The notes beneath the pieces were generated by a model. The model worked only from the letters and a program-made list of their open reading frames with translations, searched no databases and was not told the origin of the DNA. From NCBI RefSeq assembly GCF_036321535.1, contig NC_087436.1, positions 99,946,001 to 100,010,000 on the forward strand: 64,000 bases of DNA, given 5' to 3'. Positions 24,540 to 38,700 of the stretch are shown here, piece after piece (the first letter of the stretch is position 1; each line of letters opens with the position of its first letter). The DNA comes from Camelus dromedarius (taxonomy: Eukaryota). Position numbers and translations under genes: made by a program.

Positions 24540-27500
24540 TTATTAGTTTTAAAAATAGTATAAAGTAAAGTATCAAACACAGATGCGTATACCAACCAGA
24601 CGTTAAAATGTTAATATGTTGCTATGCTTCTTTAAGATGGGTTAAAATAAATAAAAGGCTAAGGATAGCCTTTTATCCTCATGATACCCCTAGCTGACTC
24701 CATTATCTAATTGTTCTACTTCTCTCGCTAGAAGGCAGTGGTTATTTTTGTGGCCCATCGTTTTTAAGAGTTATTATAGTTCCATGTCTGTAAAATAGCT
24801 TTTATATTTTTATTTTTAAACTTACACAAATATATTACACTCCCTGTATCATTCACCTTCTTTTTTTATACAAATGCATATTGTAAGATACTTTTATGTC
24901 AATACCCATAGATGTGCTTAGTTTATTCTAATCCATCTTGTATTGTATTGTAATATATGAGTATCCAAAATTTTTACATTCATATCCCTACTGATAAACA
25001 CTAAGTTTTTGCCACTCTTACACTCTTGATAAACCATTCTACAATGTGTTGCCACATTTGTGTACCTCAAAACAAACTTAGAGTGTACCTTAAAACTTAC
25101 TAAATATTTTCCAATTTTTCTCCAAATATTTTAACTATTATACCAATACATCATTGTCATATGAGGTTTCTTGTTGGTGATACTTTACATTTGGGAACTT
25201 TACATTTTTTGGCAGTAAAATGATTGTGAATTAATATCTTTGTAAATTTTTGCTAACTTGAAGGGTTTTTTTCCCGTATATTTACTTGTTATTCAGAGTT
25301 GCTCTTCTACATATTGTCTTTCTGGCTATTTTTTGATAGGGTTGGTTTTTGATGATCTGTGTTTTGAGTATTGCTTCCTGGGCTGTGGCTTGCCTTTTTT
25401 TACCTTATTGATGTTTTACTTGCTACACAAAAAATTATTTTAATATAGTCAAGTTAATATAAAACACTTCCATTAATTTTTTCTAGTATGCTTTATTCTA
25501 CTAATTATAATATAAAATTATGTTGAATTGTTTCAGATTGATTTCAATGTTTGAACGTGATTTTTATTTAAATATGTAAGATGTTTTCATGTTTTAAAAT
25601 TATTAAACATTTTCATTTTAATTCATTTGATAGTCGCATCTCAGTGCAGTAAAATTTATACTCATTATGAGAGTGATTGAATATTTTAACTCATTATATC
25701 TATCTTTTTCTATAAACTATTTGTTTAGTTTTATGCTGTTTTTTTTATTTTCAATTTTTTAAATTTTGTTATCTTAATTTGAAAAGTTCTTTATATTTTA
25801 TGATTAGTCCTTTTCTTTGATATATGTTGCAAATATTAATCCCATTTTATTTTTCTATTTTTTCAATGGCGTTTTGTCATGAAACTATTTCTATTGTTAC
25901 TAAAAAACTGCACAACCTAAAAGTTGAGAGTTGTGTTTTATTCAGTGGACGTTTCTGAGGACCTCAGCCCAGGATTCAGCCTCTCCCACATCTGCTCCAA
26001 ACAGGCAAGGAAGAGCCAGGACATGTAGGAGGTTTTGCAACAAAGACCAGGTAGTCTGGAACATCAAAAGATTACTGTTAATTAAAGAAAACTAGATATC
26101 TCAAGTTAAAGAATTTAGCTCTTTTCTATATGGGAAGGTGCAAAAGCCTGGGCTCACTGAAATTATTCCTTTGATGTGCCCCTAGTACCTAGGACCAGTA
26201 TCCTGTTCTTTCCCATCCTGAGAGTTCCCTGAGGGTGCACCATTGTGGGTGAAGGAGGCAGGGCTACCTGTTTGTCTCCATCCTGATTTCCCCTCAGCTT
26301 ACTGTCAGGGGCATGAAGTGGCCGATGACAGCTGAAGCATCTTTTATTTACTGACATAGCAGGCAGTATTTTTCATTTTCAGACTATTTATTTAAATGTA
26401 ATTGAAGTGACTGGTTTTGTGTATATTTATTTATTTATTTATTTTTATTCTATTGCCTTTCCTTTGTGAGTTAGTTTTAAAGGCTTATTGACCTCTTTGG
26501 TATTTAAGAATCCTCTCCTGTTTTCTTTGTCTTTCCTGTTAGTTTGTCAAGCAAGATTGTTTTATCTATAATAAAGTATACAAAAACGAAAAAAATTTTA
26601 AAAAAAACCCAGATCTCAAACATTGGAACTACTCTGGTGTAGGGTATGCTTTTGCTTTTATTTAATTTTTATCCAAATGTTTATACAAATGTATTTAATT
26701 AAGAAGAGGTCTTACATTATTTTGACAGGATTTGAGTCATCTACAAAGATTGATTATATAATTTTCTCCCTAGATCTATTTGTCTGGGAATTATATTAGT
26801 TAATTATCACAACATAGAGATCCCTATTCTCATTGATTTTAGAGAAACATATTTTACTCAATTTTGCTTACAAATAAATAAGCATAATTTATTTAACTAT
26901 TAATCTACTGAAGGACATTGAAGCTGTTTCCATATTCAGAAAATAATGCTGTAAGTATAGTGTGTGCTTATGGCATTTTGTTCCTGTATGAATATTTCAA
27001 AACAAAAATTTTCTATAAGTGGACTTGCTGAGTCAAACTTTCCCTACATTTGAAATATTAATAGCTATTGCCAAGTAGTCTATCCTTGGAGCTTCAAAGC
27101 TTTTAATTTTTGCCAATATTATAAGTGGAAAATAGTATTGCCCTATAATTTTAATTTACTTATTTTTATTATGATTGAAGCTGAGAACTTTTTCTAATGA
27201 GAAGATCAGCAAAATTTGTAGATTTTCTCTGAAATATCTGTGGATATTCTTTGCACATGTTTCTTTTGGATGATTGTTTCGTTTTTCAATTGATTTTTAT
27301 CATATGTTAGCAAGAATAGTCTTTTATGTGTTTTCAAAGGAGATGGGGGATTGGGGACACATCAAAAAGCATATGAAACTCTTTCCCTGTGTTGATGATA
27401 CTAAAGTGTCATTAGCTTAATATTAGTGACAACCATATATTTTCATTTGTAAGATTTTCTTCTTTGAATTGTCTATTCATATGTTTAACAATTTTTCTTA

Positions 27501-29350
27501 ATTGGATTGAGTTTTAGTTGCTTTTGTTGTAATTGTGATTTTATGTTTTTGAATTTATCCATCTCTTTTATCTTCTGTATTTTGATTCATAATCAGAAGA
27601 GCTTTTCCTACTCGTGATTGCAAAGGTTTTGTTCTGCATGTTTTTATATATTTTTAAAATTTTTTATATCGTTTAAAATTTATCCTGAATAACAGAGTAA
27701 GATAGAGCCTTCTTTTTCCCTCCCATCCTTTCTTCCTTTCTTTCTTCTTTCACAACTGGCTATCCAGTTATTTCTATCAAATGTATTAAATCATCCATCT
27801 TTTCCTTCCTGACTTAGAGTGCACACTTAAACTAATTTCCCTCGTGTATGTTTTCCATGGTTTGAATTTTCTACTTTGTTTTATTTTTGTCTGTTTTATC
27901 CATACCTGTATCACATTTGTTTAATAGAATGAAATTACATTTTTAAAAATCTGATAGCATTAATATCTTCTCAAGGCTCTCCTTTTTTCAAGAATTTTTA
28001 AAAACTATTCTTATATGCTTTTCTACATCATTTTTGGAATCATTTTTTTCTCACTCAAAAACTCTTGGAATTTTAAAAATCACATTTGCATTAAACATAT
28101 CATAAATTAAAAAGAATTGAAATCTCTAATACTTTGAGTCCTCAAATCCAAAATGGAGTATGTCTTTTCATTTGTTGAATTCTATTTTTCCCTTCCAATT
28201 AAAGAAAAAAAAAAGTTTCCAGTAGCCCTGTACATTTCCAGTTGCATTTACTAAAGCGTATTTTTGCATGCATTATTATACCTGAGACCTTCTTTTTTTG
28301 TTAATGTCTTCTGATTATTTCATAAGTGACTGCTATTATTTATGCATGTGGTGTGAAGTAGGGGTCAAATTATTTGGCTTTCCATACAGATATCTAATTA
28401 TTTCAGCATAATTTATTTTAAAAACTACTTCCTCCACTAAATCACAGTAGCAAAATTGTCTTAAATGAATTAATAATATAGGTGTAGGCAGGTTATTTCT
28501 GGACATTATTCTGTTCTCTTATCCTTATATGTTTGTGCCAGTAGTGCTATGTATTATTTGGTCTAGATTTGTACAAAATTTAAAAGTGCAAGATCGTTTC
28601 TCCAAATTTGTTGTTCTGCAAAATTTCAGATTTTTAAAAAAATTTTCTATGAATTTTGGGATCTACTAGGATTTGATTGAGATTACATCCATTCTATAAA
28701 CCAATTTGTGGAGAATTGACATTGAGCAATATTTAATCTTTCCATCCATGAAAACAGGAAACATTTCCATTTATTTATAGCTTACTTAACTTATTGTGGC
28801 AGTGTTTTATAGTTTGCAGTGTATCATTCTGGCACACCATTTCATAGATTTATTTCTAGTTTCTTGATATTTTCTGAAGTTTACTTTTTAGTTTAAAATG
28901 GCGGTGGTCTTTTACTAAACTTTATAAATATTCCAATGCCCTAAGAGACCAAGATACCTTTATGTGTCTTCCTGTGAATGAAAATTTGTGCTAATTACAC
29001 TATCTGCTAAATAATGTTCTGGGGTGTGTCTTAGGCCACATTCTGTTAAACATTCTTGGATATGTCTTAAGGCTCTCTTGTTAGGTGTTTCTCTAGGGTA
29101 TACATCCCTTAGTGGAATTACTGCATTAGAGTATGCACATAATCCCAAGTAGTTTACCAAAGAGCTTGCAACAGATGTCTGTTCAAACCAACATTATACA
29201 AGATCGCTGCTTATCTCATGAAAACTTGACATTATATAGCCTTATTTTAAAATGTAGACAATTTTCTAAATGCAAATTATTTCATTTTGTTTTTAATATA
29301 CATTTTTCTAATTGCTAATGAGATTAGACAGATTTCCAAATATATAGTAG
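24540..29350 (-). mobile_element. Cluster of ancient L1M/L1ME fragments, interrupted by an LTR
   Basis: T-rich plus strand with repeated antisense ORF2/3' UTR-like motifs (e.g. 'ggagaattgacattgagcaatatttaatctttccatccatgaa'). Boundaries approximate. Confidence 0.65.
25895..26383 (-). mobile_element. Solo ERV1-class LTR (about 490 bp)
   Basis: Begins TGTTACT on plus and ends TTTTCAGA (CA probably mutated). 4-bp TSD CTAT at 25891-25894 and 26384-26387. TTTATT near 25936 is a polyA signal on the minus strand. Confidence 0.85.
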
Positions 29351-29807
29351 CCAAACATAATTTCTTGCAACACTGCTACTTACTGATATGTATTGGACAG
29401 ACTAGCCTTTTGAGATTTTCTAGAATATTATAGTCTTATAATTTACATGGTCTATTTGTTTCATTTGCCTCAATTTTTTTCCACCTTTCATCATTTTTTT
29501 CCCATCATTGATGGCTCATTCTTCATCTTTATGTCTCTGTTTAAATTTCACTTCCTGAGAATGACATTTTTACCACCTTATCTAAAGTAGCTACTGACAG
29601 AACTGCCAATCAATATTCTCTCTCAAGAAACACTGTGTTGTTTTTTCACGTTCTATAACATTTTAAACTCGCTTGTTGCCAAGATTTTTTGCAAAAATGT
29701 AAGCCTCAAGGAGTGTTCTGCAAACAATTTGATTCCATTTGTACACTTCACAACTAGAACACATGGTTTGGCAAAAATAATATGGTATACATTTGTTAGA
29801 TAAATAA

Positions 29808-29846
29808 ATAGGTAGGTAGGTAGATAGGTAGATGGATAGATAGATA

Positions 29847-29880
<34 letters not shown>
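29808..29880. repeat. Compound (TAGG/TAGA)n + (TG)n microsatellite
   Basis: Directly visible. Confidence 0.95.
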
Positions 29881-29881
<1 letters not shown>

Positions 29882-30929
29882 ATCAAGTTACAGGCAGAGA
29901 ATGCACTCTTACAGGACCTTGATTATTGGTTTTGTCATGATTAAACATAGTTTAAAAGAAAATGGTAAGGCATAGGACATCTGTGACCATGATGTGGTAG
30001 AATGCATTGACTGACTAGATTATGTTAATGGCTCAGCCACTTACTGAACATGCAATATTGCATAAATTAGTATCCTCATACTTATTTATCCTAATTTCAA
30101 ATTTGAAAAATATATATATAAACACATATAATTACATATGTATTGTATATACATATATGATAATATATATTCATATGTATGAATTCTGCATAGATGTAAG
30201 AACAAGTCATTTCCTTCCCAGCCTGGGGAAAAAGAAAAAACAAAGAATGTGAAATTATAACAAAAGGAGGGTAGAGCCAGCAAGCTAACCTGTAAACCAC
30301 CTCTGAATGCCTGCTATGTTATAGACATTGTAATAAGCACTGGGGATATAATAACCAAAGTAGACAAGCCACGTGGTGATTGCATAAACTAAAAATGTCA
30401 GAAGTAGAATATAAATTGCCAGGAAAAATATGAGGTTTGTACAACACGCCATTAAAAAAAAAACTTCACTACAGGAATGTGAGGAGGAGACTAATGCTTT
30501 CTTAGTATGGAATTTTCATTAGTAGATGAGGAGGACAGGGTATTCACCAGGGTCCAAGTTCTTCATTGGGATTCACAATGCATTTCCAGAAAGAAATTAA
30601 AATATAACATATTATATAGATTATAGTATAAACAAGTAGATACTTGTTTGTTAACTTGTATAATTAGCAATTTTCAAAGTTCTTTATGAAAATGAATTCG
30701 ATTTTTCAAAATATCAATGTACAGCTGTGTGCACCATGACTACATTGGTCTTGCCTCAAAGTTTAGGGTATGAAGGAAGGATATTTACATACATGTATAT
30801 ATTTCATATGTATACTTATAATAATGATTGATATTAATAAAGGATTTAAAATATTGGTTTGTAATGAGAGATATTAACACAGTTGATTCATTAATGCAAT
30901 TTAGCTTAATATGTGAAAGTGCCTAATCA

Positions 30930-31065
30930 GACTACTTATTTACTGAGACAGAATTTCCTCATCTACAAAATGATAAATACTTCATGATTTTGTTATGCAG
31001 TTTAAATAGATGTTTATGATAGCACTTTTTATAATACCTGCTACATAAAAAGTCAATACAGTTTA
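30930..31065 (+). mobile_element. MIR relic
   Basis: 'tttcctcatctacaaaatgataaatacttcatgattttgttatgcagtttaaatagatg…agcac'. Confidence 0.55.
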
Positions 31066-34000
31066 ATTGGTATTAGAATTCATGTTGTGTTAATATAATT
31101 TTTAAAATTTAAGACATGGTAGAAAAATGGAAAGGTACCATAAAATTTTTTAGTCACATTCACAAATATATTCATAGAATTCTAGGAATAAGAGATAAAC
31201 CATGAGACTGTGGAGTGATGTCAGTGACCTGTCACAGTGATGTCAGAAAGTCTTCATGAAACTGAGTTATGAGTGAGAAAAGATGACTCGAATCAAAACA
31301 ATGTCCAGAAAAGTTGTTTCAAGTTGTCCATTTTATGCAAAGTTCAGGTTGTTGTGATTAGGAATGTTTAAAGATGCCATGAAAAACTAAACACCTAAAA
31401 AAAAGTTGTATTGATCTACACACGCACACACGCACACAACTCATCAGGAAGTATTCTTCCAATTAGACATAAAAAGCACAAACTCAAAAGAAATGAAATA
31501 TTAATCAGTCACATATTGAAGCTAAAAGCATTCTACTCCAGAAGGGTTAAGCTCAATTTTATTCTGGTTTTGAATATACTAAGCTAGACTTGTTTTCAAA
31601 TATTTATAATCTCTCTCTCTCCCTTTTTTTTTTTTTTTTTGGATTAAGTACCTTCAGGTCTAACTCAGATCCTTGAAGCAAGATAATTGGTTAAAGGATC
31701 TTAATAAGTTAAACTCTGAAGAGGGTTTTTTTTTGCCCCTTCTCCTCTACTTTTTATCTTTAGGACTATAAAGAATAAAAAGTCAAAAACAAACCAAGAC
31801 TTGAACTAGAGAGGATTCACAGTGGGCATATGGAGTAAAATGGAAGTTCTTTTCTTTCTTCAAGGCCGGGAGCAATTTTCCTTTTCTATCTCCTGAGTGA
31901 TTCATTCCTGAAACGTGTGTTCCTTCTGAATAAAGAATGCATCAGCCTTCAAAATCTCACAGTGTTATTATGATACACAGTCTGGTTTTGATCACTCATC
32001 ATATACAGACCCATTTTTTAAATTAAAAATAAAAAGGAGTTAAATTCTTAATCCAGCTTTCAAATCCAAACCTGTTTGATTATAAATATTAAAATATTTA
32101 TATTTTCAACCAACATGTTATCTTAATATATAGAATCTCTGTCTCTCTGTCTCTGTCTTTGTCACCCCACCACTCCAAACACAAACTGTCCTACTTTAGA
32201 AATTCATCCATTGTGAGAGAAATAAATAAATTAAGCTATATTATTGTTTTTGAAATTATTAACATAACTCTTCTTTATTAGGAAGAAAAAGTGTTCTCAT
32301 TTTTGGATAATCCTCCTATTTTGTAGAGTAGATATATTTGAGGTGAAACCATTTCATTTTCAATTATTCCATAGAAAATAAGATTGCCAAACTAAAAATG
32401 ATGGGCCATTTATCAATGAGTTTTATTACATTATTTCATATTTTGTAAGAAAAAATGAACAAGAATATTACCAGAAGCAGAAAACTGATTTATTCTCCCA
32501 TTCAGACAAAAATACCTTTTTATGGATGTTGAACATGTATTTTATAGTCATATCCTTGAAACTAAAGAGCTTTAAAAATCAAGAATTACTGAATCAAATC
32601 AATTTATTAAATACAGTTGTTCATTGCCTTTCTTTGTTTTATCCCTGATTCTGATCAAACATTAGAGATATTATGTTATTCTATAATAAAAAGACACATT
32701 ATTGTCTAATTTTATATCAACTTGCTATGAAATAGTCATATGGGAATACATTCATCAACAATAAATTGAATTTTGTATGATTGAATGGATATATAAATTA
32801 TGCTACAAGAAAGAATTTTAAAGAACGTTTGGTACAACTATCCATTTGATTTTTTAATACTAATTTTTTAATACCAATAATAATAAATTAGAAACCCTCC
32901 TAGGGGGTGATTAATTAAGTAGTCAGTAAACAAATCCCACCTATTTTCTTAGAAAAATATCCTGAAAAAGACTGTGGCTTGCTAACAACCAAGAGCAAGT
33001 ACTATCTAATCTTCCAAATACTTAAAGCATGTCTGCTCAGAACAGATGAGTTGTAAACTCACCGATATTAATCAGTATTTGTTCCTGAGCCTATTTATGC
33101 CAGTTGTGGCTGCTGTTCTAATTATTTGGTTAGATAATTATCTGTTATAGTTATTATCTGGTTTTTATGCCAACATCAAAATTGTTAAATGCTGATATAA
33201 AATGGATGAGTTTTCCACAGAAACTAAGTTGAATGTTTGCAAAGACCTATTAAGGATGAATTATTTACAATATTCTTTTAAATTACTTATAACAGTATGT
33301 GTAACAATTTGAGAAAAGCTTTAAAAGCTAGAGGTGTTTTGAATTAGATTGCTTTGCAAATATATTTCAGACAGAATCAAACAAATTGAAATCTAAATGT
33401 GAATTACCAGTGTGGTTTCTGCTAGAAAGATGAATTAGAACTAAATCTGTGACAGAAGAAAGAAATGAAGAAAGAAAAAAAATTCAGGAAGGAAAGAAAG
33501 AAGAAAGGAAAGAATCATATATGTGATTATATTATTGTTGTTATTTATTATATATTATTTATTACAATAATTGCATTAAATTTAATAATTTATTATGTGT
33601 GATTATTTGATAAATATATTATGCATTATATATTAAATATTATCACCTAATATGTATTGTAGCGAATGTGTGTTTAAAATTATTTACATGGACTAGTACA
33701 TTATTCTATTGTGTACATCAAAATACGTACAGAAATATAGAAGCTACATGTGGAAAAAAATGAAAAATAAATAAAAATAGAAGTTGTACTATTCCTTCTT
33801 GTTTCCCAATAAGTTATCTTAAGCTTATTCTATTCAACACCACTGTTCGAGCGCACTTTCAACGAGACATTCACACTCAGTTCCTGTACCCTCCTGTCTC
33901 TGGCTTTGGGATGAAGCAGAGCACGCATACTACTTACCTGACACTCATTTAAATCCAAAAGTAGAGTCAAAAGCTCCTCTCTACATTAAAGGGATTCATA

Positions 34001-34279
34001 TCATGAAATATCTTCTCCAGTTTCAACCTGGGTGTTGCTCCCTGCCAAGCCCAGCTTCTAGCCTCAGTTCTTTGTGATTGGATGCCAGCACAATTTATCC
34101 TTTGTAGAAAATTTATCTATTTATTTATTTATTTGCTTGTTTATATTTTGCATTAACACTGCTTTATAATATTATGTTTCATGTGTACAATATTATATTT
34201 CTAATTCTGTATAATTTGTCATTAACTCCCCTTTCAAATCTGTGAGACCATGACAGGCAACTGTTGCAACTTCTTTATT

Positions 34280-35125
34280 ATTTTTCTTAGCCTCCTTTGT
34301 TTTTCAATTCTCTTCTATTTCTAGTTTCTTAAGGTGAAAGCTGAGATCACTGATTCGGAAACTTTCCTCTTTTATAGTAATGTGTCTACTAAAAGTGCCC
34401 CAAATTTCCATCTAAGTATTTCATTAACTGCGTCCTACCCATTTTAATATGCTGAGTTTTCATTTTCATTCACATCAGAATACATTCCAAGTTTTCTTTT
34501 GAACTGTCATTTGACCAACATGTGATTTAGAACTGTTTTACTTGGCTTTCAAATATTTGGAGATTTTAAAAATGCATTTCTGTTACTGATTTTGAACTTA
34601 ATTTAACTTTGTTCAGAGAAAACACATTGTATGATTTAAATAGTTTTGAAATGATTTGTGACTATTTTGTTGGACAGAATACTTTATAAATGTAAATTAG
34701 GTATATCTGGCTGATAGTATTGTTCAACACAGTTATATTCTTACTAATTTTCTTCCTACTTTTTCTTTTAATCATTGAGAGGTCAGTGTTGATTTCTCAA
34801 GCTATGAGTGTGTATTTGTTTATTTCCCACTTAATTTCTATTAGCTTCTGCTTCACATATTTAAGGTGCTGGTATATAAGAACGCAAGTATTGTGTGTTT
34901 ATATCCTTTCCATGAATTAAAATTTGTATTAATATAAGTGACTTTCTTTTTCCCTTGTATTATTCTTCTTAAATTTACTTCATCTGACAGTTTTATTTGA
35001 TTAGTTTTAACATGGCATATATTTATTCATCTATTTACTGTTAATTTATCTGTGTGTTTATGTTAAAATGACTTTCCCATAGACAACACAAAGTTCTACC
35101 TTGTTTTTTATCAACAATGACAAGC
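34280..35125 (-). mobile_element. Old L1M ORF2 fragment
   Basis: Antisense ORF2 endonuclease-region motifs ('ttggctttcaaatatttggagattt…ttctgttactgattt', 'tttcccatagacaaca'). Confidence 0.7.
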
Positions 35126-35700
35126 TTTTTTTTTTGTAATTTTTAGATTCCATGTATAAGTGATATTATACAGTAGTTGTCTTTGTCTAATTTATTTTGC
35201 TTAGCATAATAATACTCTCCAAGTACATCTATGTTGTTGCAAACGGCAAAATTTTCATTCTTTTTTATGACTGAGATTATCCCATTTTTGTATATGTATG
35301 CATGTATATGTATGTGTGTGTGCATATGTATATATATATTTATTCATTCATTCATCTGTTGATGGACACTTAGGTTGCTTCCATATCTCAGCAATTGGAA
35401 ATAATTCTTCTATGAACATTGGGGTGCATATAACTTTTTAAATTAGTGTGTTTGTTTTGTTTTTTTTTTCAGATATATACACAGGAGAGGAATTGCTGGG
35501 TCAAATGGTCAAATGGTAGTTAGATTTTTAGTTTTCTGAGAAAGCTCCATACTGCTCTCCACAGTGGTTGCATTAACTTACATTCCCACCAACAGTGTGC
35601 AAGGGTTCCCCTTTCTCCTCATCCTCTCCAGTGTTTGTTATTTGTGTTCTTTTTGATGATAGCCATCTTGACAGGTGTGAGGTGATAGCTCATTTTAGTT
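35126..35700 (-). mobile_element. L1 fragment (ORF2 end/3' UTR), 3' end stops at an internal A-rich tract
   Basis: T-run, then 'tttttagattccatgtataagtgatatt…catctgttgatggacacttaggttgcttcc…ggtgtgaggtgata'. Confidence 0.8.
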
Positions 35701-36124
35701 TTTTTAGTTTTTTTAAATTTTCTTCAGTTATACATATATGTGTATTCTTTTTTGTATTCTTTTTCATTATAGGTTACTATAAGCCATTGAATATAGTTCC
35801 CTTCGCTATTCAGTAGGATCTTGTTTATCTCTTCTGTGCATAGTAGTTTGTATCTGCCAAACCCAATCTCCCAATTTATCCCTTCCTTCCCTCTCTTCCC
35901 CCTGGTAACCGTAAGTTTGTTTTCTATGTCTGTAAGTCTCTTTCTGTTTTGCAAATAAGTTTATTTATGTCATTATTTTTTAGATTGCACATATAAGTGA
36001 TGTCATATATTTGTCTTTCCCTGTTTGACTTACTTCACTTGGTATGATAATCTCTAGGTCCACCCTTGTTGCTGCAAATGGCATTAATTCATTCCTTTTA
36101 TAGCTGAGTAATACTCCATTATAT

Positions 36125-36185
<61 letters not shown>

Positions 36186-36752
36186 TGCCACATCTTTTTT
36201 ATCCATTTATCTGTCCATGAACATTTAGGTTGCTTCTATGTCTTGGCTATTATAAACAGTGCTGCTATGAACATTCAGGCGCATGTATTTTTATTTTAAT
36301 TAGAGTTTTCTCTGGATATATGTCCAAGAGTGGAATTGCTGGATCATATGGTAACTCTATTTTTGTTTTTTCAAGGAACCTCTATACTGCTCTCCATGGC
36401 AGCTGCACCAATTTACATTTCCACCAACAACGTAGGAGGGTTCCTTTTTCTCGACACTCTCTCCAAAATGTATTATTTGTAAGGTTTTTGATGATACCCA
36501 TTCTAAGCAGTGTGAGGTGATACCTCATTGTGGTTTTGATGTGAATTTCTCAAATAATTGGCAATGTTGAGCATCTTTTCATGTGCCTGTTGGTCATAAG
36601 TATGTCTTCTTTGGAGAAATGTCTATTCAGGAATGGGAGAAACTATTTGTGAATGGTATGACCACTAAGGGATAATATCCTAAATAAAAAGCTCATTTAA
36701 TTCAACATCAAAAAAAAAAAGAAAACAGATCAAGAAATGGGGAGAAGACCTG
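35701..36752 (-). mobile_element. L1 3' end with a 5' inversion (36631-36752 in plus orientation) and an internal (TG)n
   Basis: The antisense part ends 'gagaaatgtctattcagg' at 36631. The next 120 bp are sense L1 ending 'aaatggggagaagacctg', which is the sequence immediately upstream of the breakpoint in the L1 consensus. Confidence 0.85.
36127..36183. repeat. (TG)n microsatellite, about 28 units
   Basis: Directly visible. Confidence 0.97.
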
Positions 36753-36754
36753 TC

Positions 36755-37800
36755 TAATCTGTTTTTAATCCTAGTCAGTGAATTTTTATTTCTGACATTA
36801 TAGTTTTCATTTTTAGAGATGGATCTTCTTTCTATCGTCTATGTTTATACTTGCTAGGCTAAATCTTTTCTTTGCCTTCTTGGATTTAATACGGCTATAA
36901 TGACCTTTATGATGTTCTTGCCTCTTCTATTATCTGTGTCATTATCATGTCTGTTTCTATTAATTTTTTCCTTTTTATTAAGAATCACATTTTCCTGCCC
37001 CTTTGCATGCCTGGAGTATTTTATTGGATTCCATACATAGTGGATGATACCTAGTTGGTTGCTGGATTTTTTTATTCCTTTAAACATTCTTGACTTTTTA
37101 AATTACCCAAAAATAGTTCGATCCTTTTAGACTATTAAGTTTTACTAGGCAAGGTCAGAACAGTCTAGGACTGTTTAGTCTAGGACTAAGTTTTTACCAC
37201 CAAAGCAAAACTCATCTAATTTCCTAACATAACATATTTCAGATTTTGAGGTTTTGCCACTGGGATCAGATGTCCCAATTTGCCTGGAATGGGTTTCCTG
37301 GAACACAAGGATTTCAGTTTTAAACCCAGGACAATCCTAGGTAAACTGGGATTCTTAATCATACTTTGGGGAACTCATATTATCTTGGCTCTGTGTAAGT
37401 TTGGAGGATCGTTTGCTGTCATCTTTTTTGTGTGGTTCTTTCTCCTGAGCAGAAGATTCTAGGGGAACTCCTGCTAATCTCTGGAACTCCCTATGTGCAG
37501 CTCTCTTCCTTTGATGTTCTGCCCTGCAGTTCCTACATTTTTTAGCCTTGCCAGACTCCCAAACCATCTTTTCAACTCCTGCAGACTGACCAACTCCTGC
37601 CATTCAGTCTGTAAACTGGAAACATTTAAGGTTTCACTTTTTTGGTTTCCCCTTTCTCAGTGTTCCTACCCTGTGTTTCCTGACACCTAATGACTAAAAA
37701 CCATTGTTTAATATATTTTGTCCAGATTTGTATTTGTTTCAGGGGAGACAGTAATGTTAGGCCTTGTTACTCCATCTTAGTTGCGATCAGAAGTCATCAG
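36755..37800 (-). mobile_element. Old L1M 5'-region fragment
   Basis: Ends 'gttactccatcttagttgcgatcagaagtc' (rc of an L1M-type 5' start 'gacttc…aagatggagtaac'); T-rich plus strand. Confidence 0.6.
37258..37360. mobile_element. hAT-Tip100 MITE (MER96B-like)
   Basis: Imperfect inverted ends 'tcccaatttgcctgga…' and '…tcctaggtaaactggga' around 'gggtttcctggaacacaaggatttcagttttaaac'. Confidence 0.6.
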
Positions 37801-38599
37801 TGTATTTAGACAAGCATCTTAATATTTGTGGTATATTTACCAAGAGTCAGCTAATAAATAATGTCATTCAGATATACACACATTTTTTAAGAAAGTGGAA
37901 AATGAAAGTGACTGGCTTATTTAAATAGCTGTAGCTCTCATTTTAAGTAAAGATGTAAATATAAAATAATAATTTTAAAGTAGATTTTAAAATAAACAGC
38001 ACAAAATCATAAGAATAAAATTCAGTTGTAAAATTTTATATATGTTTAAAATAATGGGATATGCAGAAGATATAAACACAACAAATATAAATTGGTGTGA
38101 ATATTAAAACATAAAATCTCTTTATTTGATACTTACTGAAGTAGTTTTATGTGTAGTGACATGGTGTCTTGGATTTTTAATAAAATATTCCTGGAAAGAC
38201 AAAAACAAAACCAAAAAAATCAGACACAACAAAAGAAGTGAGTGTATTTATGAAATAAGATAGACAAAAATATTGTTAATTTTTGAAGCTTATAGGTAGA
38301 CATAGAGAAATACAGTCTACTATTCTGTTTTTATGTATTTTCTAACAATCATTTATAATAATATTTTTTAAACTAAAATAGAAGTAAGAATAAAATCTAT
38401 GAATTGTAATGGAGAATGAACAGTCTGCTTGAATGTGATTAGTACCTTGTTAGAAATTGGGAGTTTGAGACAATATTTGACCAGAAAGATAATATTGTCA
38501 GCTTTATAATTTCTGCTCATTGTCAAAGATATTCATGGTGAGATGAAAACTAATGATTTAGACAGTAGGAATACAAGTGTAATTAAAGTAGGCTAGACA

Positions 38600-38700
38600 G
38601 GGGGCGGAGGAATAGAGCTCAGTGGTAGAACACATGCTTAGCTTGTGGGAGGTCCTGGGTTCAATCCCTAGGACCTCCAGGAAAAATTTAAAAAAATAAT
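38600..38700 (+). mobile_element. tRNA-derived SINE (Vic-1-like)
   Basis: GGGGCGGAGGAATAGAGCTCAGTGGTAGAACACATGCTTAGC…GAGGTCCTGGGTTCAATCCCTAGGACCTCCA followed by an A-rich tail. A box near 38614, B box 38658-38668; diverged TSD beginning AAAGTA. Confidence 0.88.

Noticed and set aside
38600..38680. tRNA-like sequence with A and B boxes
   Set aside because: No proper acceptor stem; it has an A-rich tail and a second copy at 6113-6191 with a TSD, so it is a SINE and not a tRNA gene.
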